Assembly: GCA_964424875.1 (NCBI GenBank)
Contig: CAYRKK010000003.1
Span: 1 to 35,251 of the forward strand
From: Candidatus Woesearchaeota archaeon
GTDB lineage: Archaea; Nanobdellota; Nanobdellia; Pacearchaeales; GW2011-AR1
Direction of reading: 5' to 3'
Length of the DNA stretch: 35,251 bases
Below are positions 26,202 to 35,251 of this stretch, one piece after another. Both the position numbers and the translations under genes were made by a program. The stretch's first letter is position 1; each line of letters begins with the position of its first letter. The notes below the pieces were generated by a model that worked only from the letters and a program-made list of their open reading frames with translations, made no database searches and was not told the origin of the DNA.

Positions 26202-27134
26202 ATGAAAAAGAAAAAAGCAATTGCAATGTCTTTTAATTGGATTTTTGCAATTATTACAGGAGTATTTATTTTGTTTCTTGCAATTTATGGAGCAAGCAAA
26301 TTTATCCAGACAAGTGAAAAAACAATTTATACTGAGACTGCTGCAAGTTTGATTTCTTTATTTGATCCATTGGAAACTGGATTGGCCTCTGGAAAAGCTT
26401 ATGAAATTGGTTTTAAAAAACAATCTAAATTTTATTTTACTTGTGATTATTTATCTAATCAGCCTTTTGGAAAACAAACAATTGCTTTTTCAGAACAGAC
26501 TTTTGGAGAAGAGTATGGGGAAAAAGGAGGAGGAGTTAGTATAAAGAATAAATATGTTTTTACAAATGAGATTATTGAGGGTAAAAAACTTTATGTTTTT
26601 ACAAAACCTTTTTTTATGCCATTTAAAATTACAGACATTGTTATTGTTTTGCCTGATTCTGATACTTATTGTTTTTATGATTCTCCTGAAGAGATTAAAG
26701 AGAATCTTGAAGGATTAAATTTAGAGACGATTCATTTTCCAAATGAATCTGAAAGATGCGAGGGAATTAATGTTTGTTTTGATATTGGAAGAGAATGTGA
26801 TATAAAAGTTTTTGAAGAAGAGGGTTATGTTCAAAAACAAGGGACAAGGGTTTTTTATATTGGGGATTTAATTTATGGGGCTATTTTTTCTTCACCTGAT
26901 ATTTATGAATGTAATATTAAAAGAATTAAAAATAAGTTTAATGAGTTGGGAAAAATTTACCTTGATAAAATTAAAATTATTGAAAGAAAAGAGTGTGGGG
27001 CTCAGCTTGGTCCAAAGTTGGCAAGTGTTATTGGAGAGATTGAGAATTCAAGAGATTTGATTATGCTTTATGAAAAAATAGAAGATATTGATTCAATAAA
27101 CAGGAGGGCAAAATCTGGTTGCAGTTTGTATTAA
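26202..27134 (+). CDS. Class III signal peptide (pilin-like) protein
   Basis: KKKA|IAMSFNWIFAIITGVFILFLAI, several Cys pairs and IYGAIFSS..YECN. Confidence 0.78.
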   Translation: MKKKKAIAMSFNWIFAIITGVFILFLAIYGASKFIQTSEKTIYTETAASLISLFDPLETGLASGKAYEIGFKKQSKFYFTCDYLSNQPFGKQTIAFSEQTFGEEYGEKGGGVSIKNKYVFTNEIIEGKKLYVFTKPFFMPFKITDIVIVLPDSDTYCFYDSPEEIKENLEGLNLETIHFPNESERCEGINVCFDIGRECDIKVFEEEGYVQKQGTRVFYIGDLIYGAIFSSPDIYECNIKRIKNKFNELGKIYLDKIKIIERKECGAQLGPKLASVIGEIENSRDLIMLYEKIEDIDSINRRAKSGCSLY

Positions 27135-27135
27135 A

Positions 27136-27729
27136 ATGATTTTGAAAAAAGGTCGGCTGAAAATCCAAGTCCACAAAAATTTTAGAAAATTTTTGGTCCC
27201 TGAATTTTTAAAGAAAGGTCAATTAAAAATTCAGGAAATGGCATTTATGCTAGTGGCTGTTTTTTTATTTTTCATATTAGTTGGAATGTTTGTATTGACT
27301 CTTATGTATATGAATATTCATGAAGATGCTACAAGAATTGCAGAAGAAAGAACTTTATCATCTGTAACAAATTTAGCTGATTCTCCTGAATTTAGTTGTG
27401 TTGCATCTAAAACAAATTGTGTTGATGGTGATAAATTGATTTCATTAGTTGGAAGAAAGAGTTATGAAAACTTCTGGCCATTTAGTAGTTTAAAAGTTAT
27501 TACTTTCCGAGGTTTTGGAAAAAGTGAAAATGAATTAGTTGAATGTAATTTTGCTAATTATCCTGATTGTGATTTATTTATTGTTTATGATAAAAATGTA
27601 GATAATGAAAGAGCTATTTCAAGTTTTATTGCTCTTTGTAGAAAAGAGTATGAAAATGGATATACATTTGATAAATGTGAACTTGCTAAATTAATAGGTG
27701 GAACTGAGTTAAAAGGGGTGGAAGGATAA
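27136..27729 (+). CDS. Class III signal peptide (pilin-like) protein with duplicated leader
   Basis: KKG|QLKIQEMAFMLVAVFLFF, SPEFSC and NCVDGDKL. The leader contains LKKGRLKIQ...LKKGQLKIQ. Confidence 0.8.
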   Translation: MILKKGRLKIQVHKNFRKFLVPEFLKKGQLKIQEMAFMLVAVFLFFILVGMFVLTLMYMNIHEDATRIAEERTLSSVTNLADSPEFSCVASKTNCVDGDKLISLVGRKSYENFWPFSSLKVITFRGFGKSENELVECNFANYPDCDLFIVYDKNVDNERAISSFIALCRKEYENGYTFDKCELAKLIGGTELKGVEG

Positions 27730-28277
27730 TGAGAAAAAAATTAAATAAAAAATCACAACATGAAATAGCCGGGTTTGTTTTAATTGTTTTAATTGTAAGT
27801 ATAATTGGAGTTATTTTTCTTTCATTAACTATTGGGAGGGGAGAATTTAATAAACAGACAAGTATAGAAATATCAAATCTTTTAGGGGCAAGTATGTATC
27901 ATACAACTGATTGTGCAATTAATTATGTTCCACAATACAGAGAACTGCAAGATTTAGTTAAAGAGTGTTATAAAGATAAAAGTGGGAATTATCGAGAGTG
28001 TTTGGGTGGGAGAAATGTTTGTGAAGTTTTAGAATATGAATTTAAAAATATTATTGATAAAGGTTTAGAAGTTAGTGATGAATCTCCAAATAAAGCATAT
28101 AAACTTGATATTTATTATTCATATGATGATGATGCAAATGCACGAGAAGAAATTCTTAGTTTTGAAAATGGAAATTTTGAAAATTGCAGTAGTGTTGTAG
28201 GAGGGAATCAACCAACCCCTGTTAGTTCTTTTGGTTCTGGAAAAATTGAAATTGATTTAATGGTTTGCAAGGGTTGA
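27729..28277 (+). CDS. Class III signal peptide (pilin-like) protein
   Basis: KKS|QHEIAGFVLIVLIVSIIGVIFL and YHTTDC...DLVKECY. TAATG overlap with the upstream gene. Confidence 0.8.
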   Translation: MRKKLNKKSQHEIAGFVLIVLIVSIIGVIFLSLTIGRGEFNKQTSIEISNLLGASMYHTTDCAINYVPQYRELQDLVKECYKDKSGNYRECLGGRNVCEVLEYEFKNIIDKGLEVSDESPNKAYKLDIYYSYDDDANAREEILSFENGNFENCSSVVGGNQPTPVSSFGSGKIEIDLMVCKG

Positions 28278-28379
28278 AACTTTTTGTAGAGATTGAAATT
28301 GTTTGTAAGTGTTGAAACTTTTTGTAGAGATTGAAATTGTTTGCAGGAATTGAAACAAAAGTTTGTAGAGATTAAAACA
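28263..28379 (+). repeat. Tandem array of six ~19-bp units (three 38-bp dimers), no spacers
   Basis: GTTTGCAAGGGTTGAAACT / TTTTGTAGAGATTGAAATT / GTTTGTAAGTGTTGAAACT / TTTTGTAGAGATTGAAATT / GTTTGCAGGAATTGAAACA / (AAA) GTTTGTAGAGATTAAAACA. Confidence 0.85.
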
Positions 28380-28457
28380 AAATCTCTTTCTCTAAGATAT
28401 ATTTTTGAGAATAATTTTATTTAAAAAGGGAAAAATTTATTAATATTTAGAAAGAGA

Positions 28458-29699
28458 ATGAAAAATTTTACTATAACATCTGAATCTGTAACTGAGGGAC
28501 ATCCTGATAAAGTTTGTGATCAAATCAGCGATGCTATTTTAGATAATTTAATTGCTCAAGATCCTGATTCAAGAGCAGGTGTTGAGTGTATGATAACTAC
28601 TGGAAGTCTTATGATTTCTGGAGAAATTAAAACAAATGCTTTTTTTGATGCTCGAAGAATTGCAAAACAAACATTAAAAGAGATTGGTTATACTGATCCA
28701 AGATTTGGAATGGATGTTGATGATGCTGGTATTTGGATTAGTATTAAAGAACAAAGTGCTGATATAAGTCAAGGAGTTAGTGAAGGTCAAGGGGAAGATA
28801 AAGAGCAAGGAGCAGGAGACCAGGGGATGATGTATGGGTATGCTTGTAATGAAACAGAAGAATTAATGCCTTTGCCAATTGTTCTTGCACATAAACTTAC
28901 TCAAAGATTATCAATTGTTCGTAAGACTGGAATTATTAGAGGATTAGGGCCTGATGGTAAATCTCAGGTTAGTGTAGAGTATGAAGATGGAAAACCAAAA
29001 AGAATTAGTGCTGTTGTAATTGCACAACAACATGTTGATGATATTTCTGAAGAAGTTTTAAAAAATGAGATTTTAGAAAAGGTTGTTAAACCAATTTGTA
29101 AAGAGTATATTGATGAAGAAACAAGAGTTTATATTAATGCAACTGGAAGATTTGTTATTGGAGGTCCTGAAGGTGATGCTGGATTAACTGGAAGAAAAAT
29201 TATTGTTGATACCTATGGAGGTATTGGAAGACATGGGGGCGGTGCTTTTTCTGGAAAAGATCCTTCAAAAGTAGATAGAAGTGCTGCTTATGCTGCTCGT
29301 TGGGTTGCTAAAAATATTGTTGCTGCTGGATTAGCTGATAAATGTGAGGTTGCATTAAGTTATGCTATTGGTGTTTCAAAACCAACATCAATAAATGTTG
29401 AATGTTTTGGAACAAATAAAATTCCTGAAGAAAAAATCTCTCAATTAGTTTATAATAATTTTGATTTAAGACCCAAAGCAATAATTGCAAATTTAAATCT
29501 TAAAAGACCGATTTATAAAAAAACAGCTTCTTATGGACATTTTGGAAGAAATGATGCTGATTTTACTTGGGAAGCTTTAGATAAAGTTGAGGTTTTAAAA
29601 AAAGCATTAGATAATTTTAGAGGAAGAGATGTTGAAGACCAAGTTAATTTTGAAAGACCTAAAGAATTTGAAGAAAAAACAGAAGTAATACATTATTAA
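28458..29699 (+). CDS. metK: S-adenosylmethionine synthetase, bacterial/eukaryotic type
   Basis: [63 protein letters not shown] and YGHFGR. Confidence 0.97.
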   Translation: MKNFTITSESVTEGHPDKVCDQISDAILDNLIAQDPDSRAGVECMITTGSLMISGEIKTNAFFDARRIAKQTLKEIGYTDPRFGMDVDDAGIWISIKEQSADISQGVSEGQGEDKEQGAGDQGMMYGYACNETEELMPLPIVLAHKLTQRLSIVRKTGIIRGLGPDGKSQVSVEYEDGKPKRISAVVIAQQHVDDISEEVLKNEILEKVVKPICKEYIDEETRVYINATGRFVIGGPEGDAGLTGRKIIVDTYGGIGRHGGGAFSGKDPSKVDRSAAYAARWVAKNIVAAGLADKCEVALSYAIGVSKPTSINVECFGTNKIPEEKISQLVYNNFDLRPKAIIANLNLKRPIYKKTASYGHFGRNDADFTWEALDKVEVLKKALDNFRGRDVEDQVNFERPKEFEEKTEVIHY

Positions 29700-29772
29700 T
29701 TGAAGAAATTGAAAATAAAAAAGTTTATAAATAAAAAATTCTTTAAAAAAGAGGAAAAAAGAGGAAAAATAA

Positions 29773-30582
29773 ATGAAAAAAGAACTGGTAGTTATTTTAG
29801 TTTTAATATTATTTTCTTTTCAGCTAGTTTCTGCTTTAGATATTAATATAAAAACCTTGTCAGGACATAAGTATGATTACAGAATAGTAGAAGCAGGAAA
29901 ATTAAAATCCTTAGAAAGTAAAGCAAATCAAGATACAGGAACAGGAGAGATAAGTTTTGATTGCGATATTGAGGTAATGGAAATTGATTTGTTTCTTACT
30001 TTAAAAAAAGATGGAACAAGAATTATAAATAATAAAAAATTTGAAGGTGTTTCTACTGAAGCAGGGATAATTAATATAAATCTTATTCCAGGAGAAATTG
30101 AATTAATAACCGGAATTGTTGAAGAGATAGTTTTAGAAGAGAATATTACTGAAGAGGTTGTTAATGAATCTGAAGTAGAAATTAAGGAAGAGAATGAAAA
30201 TGAAATTGTTGAAGAAGAGATTCAAGAGGATGAGGGATTACTAACTGGAGCTGTTATTGGAAAAATAAAAAATTTATCTAATTCAAAAACTATTTATTAT
30301 ATAATTGAAGGAGTTTTTATCATTGGTGTTTTTATTTTAATAGTATTTATAATTAGGAAAAAAATTAAAAAAGAAAGGAATTTTAAAGTTACAAAATTAA
30401 GTGATAGAGGCTCCTTGAAGGATGAGGATTATGAACAAAAACTTGAAAATGCTGAAAGAAAAATTAATGAAGCAAAAGAAGAATTAGATTTTTTAAGAGA
30501 TAGAAAAAGAAAATTAGGAGAAGCAAGAGAAAAATTTAAAAAAGATCAAGAGGAGTTAAAGAAATTGGAGGGAGATTATTAG
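29773..30582 (+). CDS. Single-pass membrane protein: signal peptide, acidic stalk, TM helix, cytoplasmic coiled coil
   Basis: VSA|LD signal, Glu-rich linker, LLTGAVIG before the TM helix, and an E/K-rich heptad tail. Confidence 0.75.
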   Translation: MKKELVVILVLILFSFQLVSALDINIKTLSGHKYDYRIVEAGKLKSLESKANQDTGTGEISFDCDIEVMEIDLFLTLKKDGTRIINNKKFEGVSTEAGIININLIPGEIELITGIVEEIVLEENITEEVVNESEVEIKEENENEIVEEEIQEDEGLLTGAVIGKIKNLSNSKTIYYIIEGVFIIGVFILIVFIIRKKIKKERNFKVTKLSDRGSLKDEDYEQKLENAERKINEAKEELDFLRDRKRKLGEAREKFKKDQEELKKLEGDY

Positions 30583-30659
30583 ATTACTTTATCATTTTGC
30601 AAATTATTATAATTTAATAAAAATTAAAAGTTTTTAAATAGAAATTTCTTTAGAAGTAA

Positions 30660-31544
30660 ATGAAAGATAAAATTTTATTATTTTTAAAAGGAGTATTAAT
30701 GGGGATTTGTGATTTAATTCCTGGAATTTCAGGAGGAACAATTGCTTTTATAACTGGAATTTATTTAAGATTAATAAATGCTGTAAAAAGTTTTTCTTTT
30801 AAATTAATTTATGATTTGTTTAAATTTTTAATTGGTAAGGGAAGATATAAGGATTTGAGAGAAGACATTAAAAAATTAGATTTAGGTTTTTTGATTGTTT
30901 TATTATTGGGTATTTTTAGTGCTATATTTTTAGGTTCAAGAATTATTAAATTTCTTTTAGATAATTATTTTAGTTATACTTTATGTTTTTTTATTGGATT
31001 GATTTTAGTGTCTTGTTTTATAATTTTTGAAAATATTAAAAACCATAATTGGAAAAATATTTTATTAGGGGTTTTAGGTTTTTTTGCAGGTGTTTTGTTT
31101 TGTTTATTAGCTCCTGTGAATGTTGTTCCAAGTTTGAAATATGTTTTTATTGGAGGTTTTTTTGCAATTAGTGCTATGTTTTTGCCTGGAATTTCAGGAG
31201 CATTTATATTATTAATAATGGGATTGTATGAATTTATGATTAATGTTTTACATAATCTTTCTAGTAATCTAAATTATTTTATTATGTTTGTTTTAGGAGC
31301 AGGATTAGGAGCTTTAATTATTTCAAGGACTATTTCATTTCTTTTTAGAAAAGATAAGTGCAAGACTCTTTATTTTCTTCTTGGACTTGTTATTGGAGCT
31401 TTAGGTATTCCTTTGAAAAAAATTTATGAAATAAGTTTTGAATTAAATGTGATAGATATTGGAATTATGTTTATTCTTTTTTTAGGAGGGATTTTATTAG
31501 TGATTGTTGTTAGGAAATATGAAAAAATTATGTTGAGAGATTAG
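30660..31544 (+). CDS. DUF368 family membrane protein (putative polyprenyl-phosphate translocase)
   Basis: KGVLMGICDLIPGISGGTIAFITGIY and a second repeat AMFLPGISGAFILLIMGLY; multiple TM helices. Confidence 0.92.
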   Translation: MKDKILLFLKGVLMGICDLIPGISGGTIAFITGIYLRLINAVKSFSFKLIYDLFKFLIGKGRYKDLREDIKKLDLGFLIVLLLGIFSAIFLGSRIIKFLLDNYFSYTLCFFIGLILVSCFIIFENIKNHNWKNILLGVLGFFAGVLFCLLAPVNVVPSLKYVFIGGFFAISAMFLPGISGAFILLIMGLYEFMINVLHNLSSNLNYFIMFVLGAGLGALIISRTISFLFRKDKCKTLYFLLGLVIGALGIPLKKIYEISFELNVIDIGIMFILFLGGILLVIVVRKYEKIMLRD

Positions 31545-31780
31545 GGAAGATGTGGGATTAATGGAATGGATATTAAAGGGGGGAGTAGAAAAAAGAATGG
31601 GGATGTGGAAGATGTATGATTATTTGTTTTTTATATTTTTAATGTAAGAATATAAAATTGATTATCTGGGTTTCATTAATATTACTAAAATATAAATTAA
31701 AAGCAAAATTAAGAACAGGGGCCAGAATTCTTTTATAAAATTAATTAAAGATGTTTTTTTATTTTTTAATTTTTTTTGTT

Positions 31781-31975
31781 TCATTTTAATTTTCTTGTTA
31801 AATAATATAAAAATGAGAGATTCGCAAGTATATAAATGTTAATTATTGTGAGTGCTTCTAATAGATTAATTTGAAGTATTTGATAAGCATAATATATAAG
31901 TGCGATTAAAACTCCTAAAAAAGTTGAAAAAGCTAACATTGATGATGTTGCTATTAAGATTTGATCTCTGTCCAT
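31781..31975 (-). CDS. Small two-TM membrane protein
   Basis: 64 aa, two hydrophobic helices and a basic tail; co-oriented just after the sortase gene. Confidence 0.5.
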   Translation of the reverse strand: MDRDQILIATSSMLAFSTFLGVLIALIYYAYQILQINLLEALTIINIYILANLSFLYYLTRKLK

Positions 31976-32006
31976 AATTTATTTAAAGTTTTGATATATT
32001 TAAAGA

Positions 32007-32555
32007 TTAATGGATGTTTTTTAGAAGGTGTTTTATATCAGAATAAACAGGGATTTGTTTTACTGAAAAAATCTTTGTTATTAAAAACCATATTGTTATT
32101 ATAAAAATTGTGCTTAGGAAATACCAGAATAATTTATGGGTAAGGTCAAAAATAGGCATGTTGTTGTAGTAAAGTATTGAAAGAATGAATATTCTTAAGA
32201 TATTTAGAATGAGGAGCATTGTGAAAGATAGAAAAATAGAGTAAATTCTTTTTTTAATGTCCATTGGAACTGTGAGGTTTAGAATTAAAAGTAAGAGGTA
32301 TGCAGAGCCTGCAATACAAGCAGGAATTATCTGAATAAGGGTTGTAGAGTTTATTACTATAAATGAATTATCAATTGTTACATTATAGAATAATTTTAAT
32401 AAAGTTGCTGTTGGATAAATTGTTAAAGGAGTGAATATCTTATAAATTAAAGGCAAGGTGAACATTAAGGCAAGAAGTGTTAAGTATCTTATTGGGATTA
32501 AGAAGGTTTTGTTTTTTAATAATTTGTTGAGGTTGGTTTTTCTCTTTTTTTTCAT
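32007..32555 (-). CDS. Archaeosortase/exosortase-family protein (pacearchaeosortase type)
   Basis: Catalytic triad pattern Cys (IIPACIAGSAY), Arg (LNILRI) and His (FDLTHK) in a short multi-TM protein ending IPVYSD. Confidence 0.85.
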   Translation of the reverse strand: MKKKRKTNLNKLLKNKTFLIPIRYLTLLALMFTLPLIYKIFTPLTIYPTATLLKLFYNVTIDNSFIVINSTTLIQIIPACIAGSAYLLLLILNLTVPMDIKKRIYSIFLSFTMLLILNILRIFILSILYYNNMPIFDLTHKLFWYFLSTIFIITIWFLITKIFSVKQIPVYSDIKHLLKNIH

Positions 32556-32678
32556 AGATATGATAAAGAAAGTTTGTTTAAATAATTAATGGGAGGATGG
32601 TAGGAGTTTGATTTTTTGAGGGTGTATGTTTTCTAGATTATAATAATACTTAAAAAGAAACAAATTATTATTTATATT

Positions 32679-33177
32679 ATGGCGACCGAGAAAAGTGATG
32701 TTTATAGTTTAAGTGGTTTATTTGTCGAAAGGCACACACCATATCAAGCTAAATATTTTGAAGGATTTTTTTCTGTAAAAACAGGGTTCAAATGAACCAA
32801 GAGAAAATGTATTTGCTATGCCTTTTAATGGCTCTTTAGTTGATTGTTATGGAATGTCTGAAATTACTGGGGAGATAAGTCCTGTTGAATTAATTTTTAA
32901 TAAAAGATATACAAGAAATAGAAATGTAATCTAATATAATCTTAGAAAAAAAGAAAATGGAATTTGGGTTGGAGAATATTCAGCTAGTGAATGTATTGGA
33001 ACAGGTTATGCCACTGCTAAGATAAATTTAGATTGGCAAAGTGTTGATATGATTATTCCAAGACCATTTAACCCCGAAGGCTGGGCAAAAGATTTACTTG
33101 AACAAATGGTTGATGAAGGAATGCTTGAAATTAAAAGGGATGAAGAAACAGGGGAAGAAGTTGTTATTCCACGTTAA
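32679..33177 (+). pseudogene. Disrupted hypothetical gene (~165 codons; one frameshift and one nonsense codon)
   Basis: ATG 32679 MATEKSDVYSLSG...FEGFFSVK, a +1 shift near the T7/A5 runs (32766-32781), then ...FNGSLVDCYGMSEITG...NVI*YNLRKKENGIWVGEY...VVIPR*. Internal TAA at 32932-32934. TATA-like CTTAAAAA lies 22 nt upstream. Confidence 0.7.
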
Positions 33178-33308
33178 TATCCTTCTATTTTCTAACAATC
33201 AAATTTAAAAATATTAAATAATAAATTATGTGGTTCAACCTCAATGTAACAAAACATATTAATAAATTACCTTAAACATAATAAAAAAGAAAAAATAATT
33301 TTAGTAAT

Positions 33309-35251
33309 TTACATTGGTCTTGGTGCAACCATACTTCTTATTACTAATATTATTGCTATGATTAATATTATATTAATCAAAATTATTAAGTAAATAAACC
33401 AGTTATTTCTTATATGTTCCACAGCTGAACCTAATTGTTGTTCTGATTCACCTGTTATTGTAAGGATAACCTTTTTCTCTGTTTCTTGATTATCATATGA
33501 TGCTTTGATTGTAAATTCCTTATCCCCTTCTATTCCTTCATTTATGCTTAATACAATATTTACTTCTTTAGATTCTCCTGCAGCTAATGAAAAAATCTGA
33601 GGGTCTAATGAAACTAAGTTTGACCATGCAGTATTTCCAGAAACTGAAACAGTATAAGTTGTTTCTGCATCTCCTGTATTTTTTAGATTTGCATTAATTA
33701 TTACTTGTTTTCCTGCAATTACTTCAGGTGTTTCAGAATCAAGTTCTGCTGTTATTTGTGCTCCTTGTGCTTCTTGCATACAATTTCCTTCAATTCTTAA
33801 TGTTGAAATAAATTTGTCATCTGAAACAATATCATAAGTATCATCATCTTCATCGTAATCATAATATGTTCTAAATTCTAAAGTATAAAGTTTTTCAAGT
33901 GCTCCTGCTGGAATGTCAAATTCAAATTCAACAACTTCTGAATCTCCTTGGTCTAAGTCTTGCCTTACTATTTCTTCTAAATTAAGACTTAATTCATTAT
34001 TGAAAAGAGTTACTTTAACTTGACCTTCATAATCATAATCTCCAATATTGAAAATTTCCCCTGTAAGTTGAACTCTTTCACCACATTGAGCAATTGAAGG
34101 TGAGATTTTTATATTATCAAAGATTACATGTTTTTCTTCATCTTCTTCTCTTATTCCATCTATTGTTTGATAATAATCATTATCAAAATCAGAGTTTTGT
34201 GCAACACAAAGTTGGTCTTCTCCTAAATCATCACTATAAGCTTTTATAACAAGTTTATAGTTTTCAGATTCAAAATCAGCAGGTATTGTAAAAGTAAATA
34301 CTGCTATATCCTCATCATCACTTTTAATACTTCCTAGATCAATTTCTTCATTATCTAAATCATCTAAATCTTTAACAATGTTTTTTCCTTCTGAATTAAA
34401 TAAACCTAACTCTACCATAATATCTTTTAATTTATCATCTCCATTATTATTTGATACTTCAACTTCTATTGTTATTTTATCAAGAGGACTCCATTCTTCA
34501 TCATCCCCATCATTATTATCTATTTTTACATCTGTAATTTCTAAATCTGTTCCTTGTTCTCCATATTTGCAAAAGTTTTTTTCTATTGTTAATTCACCTT
34601 GTGCTGTTGTGGTATCAGAAGTTGCTGTTATTGATGCTATATTTGGACCTATGTTTAAAGAAGATGAAGTTACTACATCTATTGTTATTGGTTTTGATTG
34701 TCCTGCATTTAAATTTGATATTGATGAAGGATAAGTAAAATCAGCTCCTTCAATATTTGGAATATTTATATTAACTGTAGGAAAATTTACATTCCCATTG
34801 TTTTTTATTGTTATAGTTGCTTGAGTGCCTGCTTCAGAAATTGATGTGTCTGAAATTGAAAGAGAAGGAGCATCAACAATTGGTATTGAAAAAACAAGAC
34901 TTTTAGGATTTCCTGCTCCACTTGGAGTTGCAGTTATTGTTCCTCTAAAATCTCCGTTTTGATTAGAAGCAAAAGTTCCAGTAGCGGTTATTGTTTTTGT
35001 AATTGGTGTTACACTTCCATCTTCAATTGCATTATCAGAAAAAGTAAAAGTTGCAACATTTTCACTCATTATAGTGTTCCATGAAATAGCTGCAGAGGTT
35101 CCTGAATTTACTAAATCAAAAGTAATTTGAAAAGAACCGCCATCATGATTAACTGATGTAGGAATATAAATTGAACTTGCTGGAATATCTAAAGATGCAG
35201 CACTAACCATTACTAAAGAAAAAGTTAGCAAAATTGCTGTTAATAAACATC
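33309..35251 (-). CDS. Putative S-layer/cell-surface protein with tandem Ig-like (CARDB/NEW3-like) domains; 5' end beyond the window
   Basis: Frame is open to the window edge (...CLLTAILLTFSLVMVSA signal). Repeated xxNxGx Ig-type strands (IKNNGN, IFNIGD, LKNTGD), acidic, with a C-terminal TM helix after NNWFIY. Confidence 0.72.
   Translation of the reverse strand, partial: CLLTAILLTFSLVMVSAASLDIPASSIYIPTSVNHDGGSFQITFDLVNSGTSAAISWNTIMSENVATFTFSDNAIEDGSVTPITKTITATGTFASNQNGDFRGTITATPSGAGNPKSLVFSIPIVDAPSLSISDTSISEAGTQATITIKNNGNVNFPTVNINIPNIEGADFTYPSSISNLNAGQSKPITIDVVTSSSLNIGPNIASITATSDTTTAQGELTIEKNFCKYGEQGTDLEITDVKIDNNDGDDEEWSPLDKITIEVEVSNNNGDDKLKDIMVELGLFNSEGKNIVKDLDDLDNEEIDLGSIKSDDEDIAVFTFTIPADFESENYKLVIKAYSDDLGEDQLCVAQNSDFDNDYYQTIDGIREEDEEKHVIFDNIKISPSIAQCGERVQLTGEIFNIGDYDYEGQVKVTLFNNELSLNLEEIVRQDLDQGDSEVVEFEFDIPAGALEKLYTLEFRTYYDYDEDDDTYDIVSDDKFISTLRIEGNCMQEAQGAQITAELDSETPEVIAGKQVIINANLKNTGDAETTYTVSVSGNTAWSNLVSLDPQIFSLAAGESKEVNIVLSINEGIEGDKEFTIKASYDNQETEKKVILTITGESEQQLGSAVEHIRNNWFIYLIILINIILIIAIILVIRSMVAPRPM

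Noticed and set aside
3332-28277. Archaellum (flagellin) operon or provirus
   Set aside because: There is no archaellin-like conserved N-terminus, no FlaH/I/J, and no capsid, terminase, packaging ATPase or integrase motifs.
28263-28379. CRISPR array
   Set aside because: Units are only ~19 bp and directly abut with no unique spacers; no cas genes are in the window.
31545-31625. Purine/G-rich stretch after DUF368 as ncRNA or G-quadruplex
   Set aside because: The G-runs are irregularly spaced with long loops, and there is no recognisable RNA fold or tRNA-like structure.
26362-34734. Short ORFs 26362..26544, 26875..27060 and 34378..34734
   Set aside because: They are nested within 26202..27134 or antisense to the S-layer-like gene, with no independent support.

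Overview
AT-rich archaeal window that looks like a DPANN archaeon, most likely Pacearchaeota. This is inferred from a single-chain PriS-PriL primase divergent from PCNA, a short archaeosortase of the pacearchaeosortase type, a bacterial-type MetK, and TATA boxes about 21 nt before ATGs. About 25 kb (3.3-28.3 kb) is a co-oriented surface-protein locus with 11 ORFs carrying class III (type IV pilin-like) signal peptides. It is built from repeating cassettes: a ~250-aa pilin-like 'adaptor' gene followed by large secreted passenger(s). One adaptor subtype precedes very Cys-rich proteins, present once fused and once split in two. The other subtype precedes beta-rich proteins. Three passengers share an N-terminal scaffold but end in different domains (a thioredoxin-like CPNC domain and two dissimilar HExxH metallopeptidase domains), and two of them share an apparently identical 555-bp block right before the variable part. 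Other content: a convergent RelE-like toxin/small antitoxin pair beside a diverged duplicate of the primase 3' end; a primase whose Fe-S cysteines all appear substituted; a complete IS5-family element with TIRs and a 9-bp TSD; a spacer-less 19-bp tandem array before metK; DUF368; a pseudogene; and a putative S-layer gene running off the window edge. All calls come from manual motif reading and alignment; no searches were run.
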